Notes: generated by a model not told the origin, from the letters alone. DNA of 64,000 bases from Nitrospirales bacterium (GCA_963422365.1 OY729426.1:2144001-2208000), one strand, 5' to 3'. Numbered from the stretch's first letter, positions 20,519 through 30,966 are shown. Numbers and translations are program-made.

Positions 20519-22087
20519 ATGTCACTGCAACTCGAAATCGAAACAAGACTGACACCACCGGATCGCCGACAGCTCCAGGAGCGAGGGATTTCCCTCCAGA
20601 TGATCGAACAACAACTTGCCACGTTTCAACGCGGGATTCCCTTTGTAAAGCTAAAAAGACCATGTCGTCTCAACGACGGGATTCGCTGCCTCAGTTCGTC
20701 AGACTTGGCAGCCGTGACACGAGACTTCGAACGAGCCAAGGCCGCCGGCCGTGCCACAAAGTTCGTGCCGGCTTCCGGTGTTGGCACGCGAATGTTTAAG
20801 ACCCTCGCGGCTTTTTGTCTTCAGAGAAAATCCAGCCAGCTTGCCACAGCAGCACAACAGGATCTGGAGCGATTTTTTTCCAGTCTTCCGAAGTTTGCCT
20901 TTTACCACGACCTGAAAAAGGCGCTCTTACGTCAGGGGCACCAACTTGACCAATTAATGAGGGAAAGCAATTATCACTCCATCATCAATGCCCTTCTCTA
21001 CTCACCAGGGCTGCACTATGCCGAGCTGCCTAAGGGACTGCTCGCATTCCACAGATATTCCACCACAACGCGAACACCGATCGAAGAACATTTGGTGGAA
21101 GCCGCCGACTATGCCCAAGATGACAAAGGCTATGCTCGCATCCATTTTACGGTTTCACCAGACCATCAACAGGCTATCCAACATCATATCGAGCAAGTCC
21201 GTCATAGGCTTCCTCTGCATACCGTCACATGGCTCATCAACTGTTCCGTTCAAAAACCCTCAACGGATACCATAGCGGTTGCCATGGGCAACAACCCGTT
21301 TCATGATGCCCAAGGCAATCTCCTATTCAGGCCAGCCGGCCATGGAGCGTTACTCTCGAATCTTCACGAACTCCAAGGCGACATTGTCTTTATCAACAAC
21401 ATCGATAATGTTGTCCCCGACCATCTGAAGGAGACGCCCTCTCAATATAAAAAGGCGCTTGGTGGGCTCCTCGTCAGTTTGCAAGACACCGTGTTTTCAT
21501 TTTTGACTCAACTCGAATCCGACACTGCGTCATCGGCTTCCCTCAAGCAAATAACGGAATGGTCCCGCCGTTCGCTTGCACTGACCTTACCTCAGGAATG
21601 GCGATCACGCACCAACTCACAAAAAGCACAGTGGCTTTTCAAATGGTTGAACCGGCCCCTCCGAGTCTGCGGCATGGTCCCCACCATGAACAATCCAGGC
21701 GGTGGGCCTTTCTGGATAGAACAGAAGGAGGGCACCACCTCGTTGCAAATCGTGGAATCCTCGCAGATCGATCCCGCTTCTCCAACCCAACAAAACATCT
21801 TGACGTCAGCAACCCACTTCAACCCAGTGGATATCGTTTGTGGGGTTCGAAATTATCAAGGGAATCCATTCAATCTTCATCAATTCGTCGATCCCCAGAC
21901 GGGATTTATTGCAAAAAAATCCCACGAAGGAAGAGACTTGAAAGCCTTGGAACTACCCGGCCTCTGGAACGGAAGCATGGCCAAATGGCATTCCGTGTTT
22001 GTCGAAGTACCCCGCCATACGTTCAATCCGGTCAAAACCGTCTTAGACTTACTCTTACCTGCGCATCAACCCCCGGAACACTCCTGA
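20519..22087 (+). CDS. DUF4301 family protein (nucleotidyltransferase-like)
   Basis: KFVPASG..TRMFK, LPKGLL.FH.Y, FRPAGHGAL..NL, NIDNV, NRP.RVCGMV, PGGGPFW, THFNPVD, ALELPGLWNGSMA, FNPVKTV.DLL. Confidence 0.88.
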   Translation: MSLQLEIETRLTPPDRRQLQERGISLQMIEQQLATFQRGIPFVKLKRPCRLNDGIRCLSSSDLAAVTRDFERAKAAGRATKFVPASGVGTRMFKTLAAFCLQRKSSQLATAAQQDLERFFSSLPKFAFYHDLKKALLRQGHQLDQLMRESNYHSIINALLYSPGLHYAELPKGLLAFHRYSTTTRTPIEEHLVEAADYAQDDKGYARIHFTVSPDHQQAIQHHIEQVRHRLPLHTVTWLINCSVQKPSTDTIAVAMGNNPFHDAQGNLLFRPAGHGALLSNLHELQGDIVFINNIDNVVPDHLKETPSQYKKALGGLLVSLQDTVFSFLTQLESDTASSASLKQITEWSRRSLALTLPQEWRSRTNSQKAQWLFKWLNRPLRVCGMVPTMNNPGGGPFWIEQKEGTTSLQIVESSQIDPASPTQQNILTSATHFNPVDIVCGVRNYQGNPFNLHQFVDPQTGFIAKKSHEGRDLKALELPGLWNGSMAKWHSVFVEVPRHTFNPVKTVLDLLLPAHQPPEHS

Positions 22088-22194
22088 CAAAAGAATCTTG
22101 CACCATCCGTCAGACCTACGCATAATGCACCCATTATCGTTTGTGAATTCACACATTTTTCCTCCCACGATTGACTTGTTACGAGGGTTCATCC

Positions 22195-24081
22195 ATGGCC
22201 GAACAAATTGAAACCTTATTGAAAACGTCGACCGTGTACCGTCCAACGGGTCAAACTCTGGAACAGGCGTATATCAAGGACTATGAAGCCGCTTACAAGG
22301 AGTCGATCGCGGATCCTGAAAAATTCTGGGACGGAATTGCCAAGGAACTTGAATGGTTCGCTCCATGGAATACAGTGCTGGAATGGAACTACCCATGGGC
22401 CAAATGGTTTTTAGGAGGGCGCTGTAATATTTCTTATAACTGTTTGGATCGTCACGTGAACTCGTGGCGAAGAAACAAAGTCGCGGTGATTTGGGTCGGC
22501 GAGCACAACGAAGAACGGATTTTCACCTATGCCGAGTTGTACCGCCAAGTCAATCGCTGCGCCAATGCCCTCAAAGCCCTTGGAATGAAAAAAGGTGATC
22601 GCGTCACGATTTATCTTCCAAAAATTCCAGAACAAATTGTCGCCATGCTGGCCTGCGCACGGCTCGGCCTGATTCATTCCGTGGTCTATTCAGGCTTCAG
22701 TGCACCCGCGCTGGAATCTCGAATCAAAGATGCTGAAGCCCGGCTCATCATCACGGCGGACTATGGATACGATCGCGGCAAACGCATTCCTCTTAAAACC
22801 GTGGTGGATGACGCGATTGCACACTGTCCGACCATAGAGAAGACGATTGTGGTGCGACGAGAACAACCCGGCCTTGACTTGGATACTCACAAAGCACTCG
22901 ATTGGAATGACTGGCTCAACGGACAATCAACGACCTGTGAAGCAGCGCATCTCGACGCCGAAACTCCCCTCTATTTTCTCTACACCTCAGGAACCACGGG
23001 CAAACCCAAAGGGGTGGTCCATGTACACGGCGGGTATATGGTTGGAACCTACATCACCACGAAATACGTTTTCGATCTGAAAGACGAAGACGTGTATTTT
23101 TGTGTGGCCGACCCGGGCTGGGTCACGGGGCACAGTTATATCGTGTATGGCCCGCTTCTTAATGGTGCCACCATTCTCACGGCTGAAGGCAAGCCCGACT
23201 ACCCCACCCCAGGCCGCTGGTGGGATCTCATCGAAAAATACGGCGTGTCGATTTTCTATACCACCCCAACGGCGATTCGCCTCCTCATGAAGTACGGTGA
23301 AGACTGGCCCAAGAAATATAACCTTTCCACCCTGCGCGTCTTGGGCTCAGTAGGCGAACCCATTAATCCCGAAGCATGGGAATGGTTTCACCGTGTCACC
23401 GGTGGTGACAAACCGATTATGGATACCTGGTGGCAAACGGAGACCGGATCGATTCTGGTTACTCCCCTCCCCTGCGTCCCGCTTAAACCAGGGTCTGCCA
23501 CACGCCCATTTTTAGGCATCGAGGCAGACGTGGTGGACAAGAGTGGTCATAGTATCGGCACCGGTGGAGGGTTCGCAGTCATTAAAAAACCTTGGCCTTC
23601 CATGATGCGGACAATCCACAAAGATCCTGATCGCTACTTGAGCTACTGGAATAACATCCCCGGCTGTTACACCGCAGGTGATGTCTGTCACAAAGATGAA
23701 GATGGCTATTTCTGGTTCATGGGCCGAGCCGACGATGTAGTGAAAGTCGCAGGCAATCGTATCGGCACCGCCGAGGTGGAGAGCGCGCTCGTCAGTCATG
23801 ACGCGGTGGTCGAAGCAGCAGTCATCGGGAAACCGCATAAAACCGCAGGTGAGATGATTAAAGCCTTCGTCATCCTGAAACAAGGGCAAAGCGAACGTGC
23901 GGAACTGGTCAAAACCCTCAAAGCTCACGTCCAAGCGGAGTTAGGTACAATCGCGGTCCCTCGAGAGATCGAAGTGGTGACCTCGCTTCCCAAAACCCGT
24001 TCGGGTAAAATCATGCGCCGCGTCCTGAAAGCCAAAGAACTCGGACAAGACCCTGGGGATATTTCGACCTTGGAAGAATGA
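22195..24081 (+). CDS. acs: Acetyl-CoA synthetase
   Basis: YTSGTTGKPKG, ADPGWVTGHSY, VGEPINPEAW, DTWWQTETG, PKTRSGKIMRR. Confidence 0.96.
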   Translation: MAEQIETLLKTSTVYRPTGQTLEQAYIKDYEAAYKESIADPEKFWDGIAKELEWFAPWNTVLEWNYPWAKWFLGGRCNISYNCLDRHVNSWRRNKVAVIWVGEHNEERIFTYAELYRQVNRCANALKALGMKKGDRVTIYLPKIPEQIVAMLACARLGLIHSVVYSGFSAPALESRIKDAEARLIITADYGYDRGKRIPLKTVVDDAIAHCPTIEKTIVVRREQPGLDLDTHKALDWNDWLNGQSTTCEAAHLDAETPLYFLYTSGTTGKPKGVVHVHGGYMVGTYITTKYVFDLKDEDVYFCVADPGWVTGHSYIVYGPLLNGATILTAEGKPDYPTPGRWWDLIEKYGVSIFYTTPTAIRLLMKYGEDWPKKYNLSTLRVLGSVGEPINPEAWEWFHRVTGGDKPIMDTWWQTETGSILVTPLPCVPLKPGSATRPFLGIEADVVDKSGHSIGTGGGFAVIKKPWPSMMRTIHKDPDRYLSYWNNIPGCYTAGDVCHKDEDGYFWFMGRADDVVKVAGNRIGTAEVESALVSHDAVVEAAVIGKPHKTAGEMIKAFVILKQGQSERAELVKTLKAHVQAELGTIAVPREIEVVTSLPKTRSGKIMRRVLKAKELGQDPGDISTLEE

Positions 24082-24137
24082 ATGACCGGGGGCGGTCCGA
24101 GATGCTTCGGCTGTGTTGACATTCTAAAACTGTCCTT

Positions 24138-24163
24138 CGTCATTCCGGCGGAAGCCGGAATCC
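24138..24163. repeat. GTCATTCC...GGAATCC palindromic element
   Basis: CGTCATTCCGGCGGAAGCCGGAATCC; same family as 12299. Confidence 0.65.
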
Positions 24164-24243
24164 AGGACACCGGCACGGCATGCACAGCCGTCGGGGGGTC
24201 TGTTTTTGTCTCGGCACCGTCGGATGACGCCTGTCCGATATAT

Positions 24244-24296
24244 ATAGCGGCGACATCTCATGACGCTTGTCTTGGCCGCATAAGATGCGGCCCTAC
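24244..24296. repeat. GTAG-type REP-like doublet
   Basis: Reverse strand GTAGGGCCGCATCTTATGCGGCC (24274-24296) facing degenerate ATAGCGGCGACATCTCATGACGC. Confidence 0.55.
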
Positions 24297-24312
24297 TTGA
24301 GGAGCCATTTTG

Positions 24313-25986
24313 CTAAAGAGTCTCGAAAATCTCCCGATATTGCCGAACCGCCATCTTCCACGAAAACTTATCCAGCATCTGAAACCCGTTCATGATCATG
24401 TTTGCGTACTTCATCTGGTCGGTTTCGTAAAGTTCTATGGCATCTTGTAGAGCTATTGCGGCTTGCTCAACCATCGATTGAAATACGACCATTGACAAAC
24501 GCTCGGCGACCCGATCGCCTTGAGGCCCATACTCACAATCCAGAATTTGTTTCCATCCGTTTTCTATTTCTTTCGCTTCCAATGTCGGTTCACGGTAGAG
24601 AAACCCAGTTGGCGGGTCCGAAGCCTGATGGTACGGCCGACTGAGTTTTTTAACACAGCCGGTCAAGGATTGAGCAGGATAGGGAACAATTTGCTGCACC
24701 AGCCCGCCCGTGGCACGAGCCACCACCGGCGTACCCACTGCATAGCCCTCGATGGCACCCCCAAAGGGTTCATAGAACGAACACATCACCATAAAGGACG
24801 CCCCTCGTTGCAATTCCCGATAGCCTTGAGCCATTCGAAATGGGAAAACCGTGACTTCCCCATTCCGTTCTTCGGCTAACCTCTTGAGAAACACTAATCC
24901 CTCTACTCCTTCATCACCGGGGATAGGGGTAAAAATATAACGGGCACGACCTGCAGGGATACGTCGAATGGCTGCCGCAGCCACATCATACCCTTTTTGT
25001 CGTGGATCATCCCGGCCAAAAAACAAAAAGACGGGTCCTGTAAACTCCGTAAAGTCCACACAGCCCCAGGCTCGAGGTGGCACCTTGTCTTTTAATTTTT
25101 CGATCATCTCCTGACGTCGTTTGGTTTTTTCTTTGAGGATCTGACGATTGTTACCTTGAGCGGCTTGGTCTCTGGCGTTTTGAGGAAAATCGAGTTGACT
25201 GAACATGCCATTATTAATTCCACGGACTGTGCGTGTTCGAAATATTTTTTGTAGATGCGGAGCAAAGATTTTCCGCTGAACCGGGTCATGTTCCAACTCA
25301 TAGGCAAAATGTTGAGAGACTGTGCAAATAGGGCCATCCAAAAACGCGGCCATTTTCGACAGAACCGTCTGACCTGAAACACGATGGGATGCAAGAACTT
25401 TCAAGTCTTGATCTGACACGTCCCTGTCATATGAATTATGTAACGTGAGCAGACAAGAGACGGACACCAAGCACTCCTCTTGTTTGGCCGTCATCGCGAC
25501 ACAGGCGGTCTCCCAATCTTGGAGACACAAAATGAGATCCTTTGTGAATTGGAGTTCGACTAATGCCTTCGGGACGGCAGCGCAGAAAAACAGGGAATCA
25601 TTCAGAAGCTGTGAAGGATTTGACGGATCACAATAGGGGTTGCATGGAGCGTTGAGGCTTGACGGGTCACCACAATCGCATGGCGCATTAAAAAAATCAG
25701 GCGCATCGAGTAAATACGTCCGAAACCCTTGCTTATCTTCGTGCTGAAATACCTCAATTGTATATGTGTCTTTGCCGAATTCGAGGAAAAAGGTGATTCC
25801 AGTCGAATGAATCGATTCCATGGTTTTGGGTCGACACTTCGTGATTTCTCGAAAAAACGGGGTCATGGTGACGCACCGACCGCTCCATTCTTCAGCCATA
25901 CGTTTAGGCAATAACCGCATGACAGCCGCAAGGCCGCCAAGGGGAGCAAATTCGCTTTCAAATGTCACGAATACCGTGGTTTTCAT
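24313..25986 (-). CDS. Glycogen/starch synthase-like GT5 glycosyltransferase
   Basis: VTFE...GGLA.V...LPK, QDWET, LTLHN, TVS..FA.EL, GINNG, GR...RQKGYD, SFYEPFG, VARATGGL. Confidence 0.8.
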   Translation of the reverse strand: MKTTVFVTFESEFAPLGGLAAVMRLLPKRMAEEWSGRCVTMTPFFREITKCRPKTMESIHSTGITFFLEFGKDTYTIEVFQHEDKQGFRTYLLDAPDFFNAPCDCGDPSSLNAPCNPYCDPSNPSQLLNDSLFFCAAVPKALVELQFTKDLILCLQDWETACVAMTAKQEECLVSVSCLLTLHNSYDRDVSDQDLKVLASHRVSGQTVLSKMAAFLDGPICTVSQHFAYELEHDPVQRKIFAPHLQKIFRTRTVRGINNGMFSQLDFPQNARDQAAQGNNRQILKEKTKRRQEMIEKLKDKVPPRAWGCVDFTEFTGPVFLFFGRDDPRQKGYDVAAAAIRRIPAGRARYIFTPIPGDEGVEGLVFLKRLAEERNGEVTVFPFRMAQGYRELQRGASFMVMCSFYEPFGGAIEGYAVGTPVVARATGGLVQQIVPYPAQSLTGCVKKLSRPYHQASDPPTGFLYREPTLEAKEIENGWKQILDCEYGPQGDRVAERLSMVVFQSMVEQAAIALQDAIELYETDQMKYANMIMNGFQMLDKFSWKMAVRQYREIFETL

Positions 25987-26218
25987 AAAAGCAACGTACT
26001 AATGATCCAAAAAATAGGGCAGCCGTTGGCTTCTACCCGCTTTAAACACGTCACGATTGCGGAAAACTTCGAAAACCGGGAGCGCATCTCAAAAGGCACA
26101 ACAGACTTGCTTGAGATTTGGCTCACGAATTGAAGGAGAGAAATGAACGATGAAGAGGGGGGTAGGGGCAGACCGCACTGAGACCTTCTCTTCGAGCAAG
26201 ACCGCCTTGAAATCTATT

Positions 26219-27301
26219 CTACTGCTGCACAAAATGCGCACGGCGATTTTTTTGCCAGCAACGCGGTTTGGATTCCGTACAAAATGGCTTTTCTTTCCCA
26301 TAGCTGACAATTTGAATTCTGGATTCTTGGACTCCCAGATCAATTAAATAATCTTTCACGGCTTGGGCCCGACGTTTCCCTAATTCCAAGTTGTAATCTA
26401 CAGACCCACGTTCGTCACAATGTCCTTCGATAAGCACGCTGGAATTTTCATAGGTATTCTTGAGGAGTTCGGCATTCTTTTCTAACACGGCTACGAAATG
26501 AGAACGAATCGCATATTGATCATAATCAAAAAAGATATCGGCTAACCCTGAATCCGTCACGTCCGTCACGTCCGTCATGTCCGTCACATCCGGAGCATCC
26601 GTCACATCCGGAGCATCCGTCACATCCGGAGCATCCGTCACGTCCGGAGCATCCGTCACGTCCGGAGCATCCGTCACGTCCGGAGCATCCTTAATGACGG
26701 CATTTCCTTCCTCCTGATCCGTTACAGGCACTTCAGGAACAAAATCGGAAGGATCGAGCTGGGCGATCTGCACCTCTTGCACGCTCTCCTCTTTTTTACG
26801 CTCAAGCAAAGTTTGAGAAGGTGGCTCGGGGACATAAACCAATGCAGGGCCACGCCCCCCTCGTGCTTGCGGAGGTGATTCCAGAACATAGTCCGATGCA
26901 GGGCCACGGCTCCCACGTGGAAATTCCATAGGCACTTCCGGTGGAACCCGAGTTGGACGAGTAGGAGCAACCGCCGTCACGTCAGAACCAGTTTCGAGAC
27001 TTGTCATCTCGAACTCATCGCTAGGAGGTAATGCCGGACTTGGGGGTAGTTCTGGAATAAAGGTGAATGTTTCTGCCAATTTCATTGATTCTTGGCTGAC
27101 GGGTTGGCTCTCGAGTGGAATACCATTCTGGTCACTCTCCATATCTGTTTCTGTATCAGTAGTAGCCGAAATTTGAGTCTGAGCGCCTAAATTTTCCGTG
27201 CTCATGATTGCAGCATGTTTCGATGTCTCACATGCCGATAACGTCACCAGAAGACATGTGGCAACAAAAATAAGGGCAATAAAATCCTTTACCATTGCCA
27301 T
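26219..27301 (-). CDS. OmpA/Pal-like peptidoglycan-associated lipoprotein with long acidic/Pro-rich linker
   Basis: Lipobox LSAC; IFFDYD, IEGHCDERGSVDYNLELGKRRA, SYGKEKP, NRRA. Confidence 0.9.
   Translation of the reverse strand: MAMVKDFIALIFVATCLLVTLSACETSKHAAIMSTENLGAQTQISATTDTETDMESDQNGIPLESQPVSQESMKLAETFTFIPELPPSPALPPSDEFEMTSLETGSDVTAVAPTRPTRVPPEVPMEFPRGSRGPASDYVLESPPQARGGRGPALVYVPEPPSQTLLERKKEESVQEVQIAQLDPSDFVPEVPVTDQEEGNAVIKDAPDVTDAPDVTDAPDVTDAPDVTDAPDVTDAPDVTDMTDVTDVTDSGLADIFFDYDQYAIRSHFVAVLEKNAELLKNTYENSSVLIEGHCDERGSVDYNLELGKRRAQAVKDYLIDLGVQESRIQIVSYGKEKPFCTESKPRCWQKNRRAHFVQQ
26553..26689 (-). repeat. In-frame VNTR: six 18-bp units (DAPDVT) plus three 9-bp units
   Basis: Repeated TCCGTCAC(A/G)TCCGGAGCA on + strand. 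Confidence 0.95.
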
Positions 27302-27665
27302 ATAAGAAATCTCCTTTCACCGTACTCTCTTCACTGGCACAAATTGATAGAGAAACTCGAAATTGTCGAGTCTTTCATCTGTTTCCACTTACTGAAAAAT
27401 ACCTGAAAAAGTTATTGATAACAAATAGAAAAATAGAAATTTGGTCCTGCTTCAAGACTTACAGACATATTTTTTAGTAATTTAGCAAACTTGTCAATGA
27501 AAATCACGTATTCTTTCTTATTTTCTCCTACGCCTTTGGCTCACCTTGACGAACATTTATCCGGCCCGTATGATTTTTTGTCCTGCCGTGCCTTGTATCC
27601 CGACACGAGACTTGGTTCATGTTTTGGCTCTGGGAAAGACCAGATTCTCTCCCCTCTGTGGCTTC

Positions 27666-28601
27666 ATGATTAGAGTCCAACACGTTTCAAAGCACTATGG
27701 AAACCACACAGCCCTTGATGACGTGACGTTTCGCGTCAAAAAGGGCGAAATCTTGGCTTTCCTTGGTCCAAACGGTGCTGGGAAAACCACCACGATGCGC
27801 ATTTTGACCTGTTTCATGCCCCCAAGTGCAGGCATGGCAAAGGTCGCAGGCTTTGATTGTCTGGATCAACCAATGGAAGTCAAACGGCACCTCGGCTATT
27901 TACCCGAAACCCCTCCTCTCTATCCGGAACTCACTGTTGATGAATATTTAACCTTCGTTGGTCGGTTAAAGAGAGTAACTCCTCAGCGTTTGGCTGCACG
28001 AAAGGCCCATGTGATTGATCAAGTCGGATTGGGCTCCGTGCATCGCCGCGTGATTGGCCATCTGTCCAGGGGCTATCGGCAGAGGGTAGGTCTAGCTCAG
28101 GCCCTGATTCACGATCCACCGGTTCTGATCCTGGATGAGCCTACCGTAGGGCTTGATCCCAAACAAATCATTGAAATACGAACACTCATTCAAAGTCTCG
28201 CAGGATCACATACCATAATCCTGAGTACCCATATTCTCTCCGAGGCCATGGCAATCTGTGATCGCGCCGTGATTATTCACCGAGGTCGCATTGTCGCAGA
28301 GGATGCTCCCGATCAGCTATCCAGCCGGTTGCGCCAATCTGAGAAAATGAGCCTCACGGTCAAACAACCCCTGCCTGATTGGCAAGAACGTCTCAAAACT
28401 CTTCCCGGCGTGCTCAACGTCTTTCCGACCACCACACCCCATACCTGTACGATCGACTGTCAACTGGGACAGGACTTCCGCGAGAAACTCTCCCGATTTG
28501 TCGTGAGTCAAGGGTACGGACTTCTCGAACTTAAACCCCTTTCCCTTTCCCTGGAAGAAGTCTTTCTCCAACTCACTCAACAGGAGGAGGCGCAGGGATG
28601 A
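27666..28601 (+). CDS. ABC transporter ATP-binding protein (GldA-like)
   Basis: GPNGAGKTT, LSRGYRQRVG, LILDEPT, STH. Confidence 0.93.
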   Translation: MIRVQHVSKHYGNHTALDDVTFRVKKGEILAFLGPNGAGKTTTMRILTCFMPPSAGMAKVAGFDCLDQPMEVKRHLGYLPETPPLYPELTVDEYLTFVGRLKRVTPQRLAARKAHVIDQVGLGSVHRRVIGHLSRGYRQRVGLAQALIHDPPVLILDEPTVGLDPKQIIEIRTLIQSLAGSHTIILSTHILSEAMAICDRAVIIHRGRIVAEDAPDQLSSRLRQSEKMSLTVKQPLPDWQERLKTLPGVLNVFPTTTPHTCTIDCQLGQDFREKLSRFVVSQGYGLLELKPLSLSLEEVFLQLTQQEEAQG

Positions 28602-28659
28602 GCAAATCCAACCACCGAGACTCTTGTGTGCAACCAAGCCGAAGTGAAAGCCCGCCAGC

Positions 28660-29430
28660 ATGACCCCGTTTCAAACCATACTTGCCAAGGAATTACGGTG
28701 TTTTTTTGTGTCACCTATCTTTTATGTCATTGGAGCGGTCTTTCTTTTCATCTCTGGCTTTATCGCCCACCTCATGACGGTGAACGCAGGCCAACAAGCG
28801 GTTCGGTTTTTGCAAATCCAAAATACCTACGCCCAACTCAACCTGAATGAGTTGGTCTTCCGCTCACTGTTTTACAGTTTAGATTTCGTCCTCATGTTTC
28901 TCCTCCCAATTCTGACAATGCGGTTGTTTGCGGAAGAACGGAAATTGCTTACGTTTGAACTCCTGCTCACCTCGCCCGTCGGGATGAACGAACTTATTTC
29001 GGCCAAATACATCAGTGTGCTCTTAATCTATTTGGGACTTCTCTCCCTGACAGGCTTAACCCCCATTCTCTTGTCCTTTTATAGCAGCTTTCATTGGAAT
29101 CCTATTTTGACCGGTTACGTGGCGTTGGCCTTGCAGGGCGGCTTTTTCCTGGCCTGTGGCATCTTGGCCTCTGCCACGACTGAAAATCAGGTCATCGCAG
29201 CTTTTGTGAGTTTTGGGATTATTCTACTTATTTGGTTGCTAGGGGGGCTAGGTGCATTATTAGGCGATACAACGATCGGGAATGTCTTATCCTATTTGTC
29301 GTTCAGCGAACATTACGACCGACTCGTTCGCGGACTCCTGGATGCGAAAGATCTTGTGTATTACCTATCTGGCACCGTGCTGATGTTATTCATCGCACAT
29401 CGAGTCATTGATTCACACCGATGGCAATAA
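28660..29430 (+). CDS. ABC-2 type permease (GldF-like)
   Basis: KELR.FF.SP, TMRLFAEERK..T.ELLLT.P, six TM segments. Confidence 0.9.
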   Translation: MTPFQTILAKELRCFFVSPIFYVIGAVFLFISGFIAHLMTVNAGQQAVRFLQIQNTYAQLNLNELVFRSLFYSLDFVLMFLLPILTMRLFAEERKLLTFELLLTSPVGMNELISAKYISVLLIYLGLLSLTGLTPILLSFYSSFHWNPILTGYVALALQGGFFLACGILASATTENQVIAAFVSFGIILLIWLLGGLGALLGDTTIGNVLSYLSFSEHYDRLVRGLLDAKDLVYYLSGTVLMLFIAHRVIDSHRWQ

Positions 29431-30950
29431 AGCAGCTTTTACCCATTCTGGGCATTTTGGGAGTCGGATTGGGGCTGGGAGGGCTCATCCTTGCCCAAAC
29501 CGATGCGAATCGGCCAAGCACGATCTTCCTGTTGGAAGGGGTCGCGTTACTTTGCCTCACGGTGTATTTCGCAGGCAACTGGACGCGACTCAAAACCTTT
29601 TCTAGCAGCCGATCGACCCGGCTCGGATTGAACAGCCTCCTGGCCATTCTTCTCATGACCGGCATTCTGACCATCATCAATTTTCTGGTCGTTCGGCACG
29701 GCGGCCGATGGGACCTGTCTGAAACGCAACACTTTTCATTAGCCCCACAAACCCTGCAAGTACTTGGGCAACTCAAGAAAAATGTCAGGATCATGGTGTT
29801 CTCTCATGAGCGAAGTCCGGGGTTTCGGACGTATCATGACTTGTTGGAAAGCTACGCGTATGTAAGCCCGCAAATTTCCGTGACCTATATAGATCCCGAA
29901 AAAGAGCCCGGCAAGGCTCACGAATATGAAATCTCCAAAATTGACACGGCCGTCTTTGAAAGCGGCGAGCAGACGATCCACGTTCCCAAACCCAGTGAAT
30001 CGAATCTGACGAGCGCGTTGATTCGCGTGACACAAGAGCAATCCAAACGCCTCGTCTTTTTAGAAGGACATGGTGAGCGGCAAATCACAGACCAAGAACG
30101 AGGAGGCTTATCGCTGGCCCGAAAAAATCTCGAAGCACAAGGCTACCAAGTGGCACGAGGCTCACTCCGGAAAGACCCCACCCTTCTCAATGACACCAGC
30201 GTCCTCATTATTCCTGGACCTCGTGAATCTGTTGAGCAAGAGGAATTGAGGCGCATCACGCGCTTTGTCGCTGAAGGAGGACGACTCCTGTTACTGCTTG
30301 ATCCGAAAATTTCAAGCGGTCTCGAAGCGTGGATCTCTCAATGGGGGCTGACTCTTGGCCCGGGAATTGTGGTCGATCCCGAAGATCGTGTTGCCCAAGG
30401 TAGCCCGACGGCCTTACTCGTCCGTCGATTTACCGACCATAAAATTACCAAAGAGTTTACCGCTCCCATTTTGCTACCCGTTTTGCAATCGGTATCGTTT
30501 GACGAAGCCTCAGGCACGAATCTGAATTTTACGTCTCTTTTACAATCCTCTGAACAAAGCTGGGCCGAAACAGACTTTGATCAGACCACTCCGGAATTTG
30601 AAAAAGATTCTGACAGGAAAGGCCCCTTGACTCTCGCCGGCGCATTGGGACGGAAAAGCATCCCGTCAGATTCAACGATTCAGCCCTCACTGGTCATCAT
30701 TGGAAATTCAGCGTTTGCCAGCAACACCTATTTGCAGTTTCCAGGGAATACTGATTTCTTGTTTAACGCCATCGCCTGGCTAGCGGATGAGGAAACGTTA
30801 ATTTCAGTCAGCCCCAAAGAATCTTCGTTTCCACCGTTTATTCCGAATCCCACACAAGAACAGATGCTGTTTGCCGTACAAGTTTTCTCGATTCCTTTCC
30901 TGATCCTCTTTTTAGGCATGACAGTTTGGCGACGTCGAAGCCGCCTCTAG
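29421..30950 (+). CDS. GldG-family ABC transporter auxiliary protein
   Basis: RWDLSE...FSLAPQT, YIDPEKEP, FLEGHGE, GGRLLLLLDP, GNTDFLFNAIAWL, C-terminal TM + WRRR. Confidence 0.88.
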   Translation: MAIKQLLPILGILGVGLGLGGLILAQTDANRPSTIFLLEGVALLCLTVYFAGNWTRLKTFSSSRSTRLGLNSLLAILLMTGILTIINFLVVRHGGRWDLSETQHFSLAPQTLQVLGQLKKNVRIMVFSHERSPGFRTYHDLLESYAYVSPQISVTYIDPEKEPGKAHEYEISKIDTAVFESGEQTIHVPKPSESNLTSALIRVTQEQSKRLVFLEGHGERQITDQERGGLSLARKNLEAQGYQVARGSLRKDPTLLNDTSVLIIPGPRESVEQEELRRITRFVAEGGRLLLLLDPKISSGLEAWISQWGLTLGPGIVVDPEDRVAQGSPTALLVRRFTDHKITKEFTAPILLPVLQSVSFDEASGTNLNFTSLLQSSEQSWAETDFDQTTPEFEKDSDRKGPLTLAGALGRKSIPSDSTIQPSLVIIGNSAFASNTYLQFPGNTDFLFNAIAWLADEETLISVSPKESSFPPFIPNPTQEQMLFAVQVFSIPFLILFLGMTVWRRRSRL

Positions 30951-30966
30951 CCGACTCGGTGCTTCC

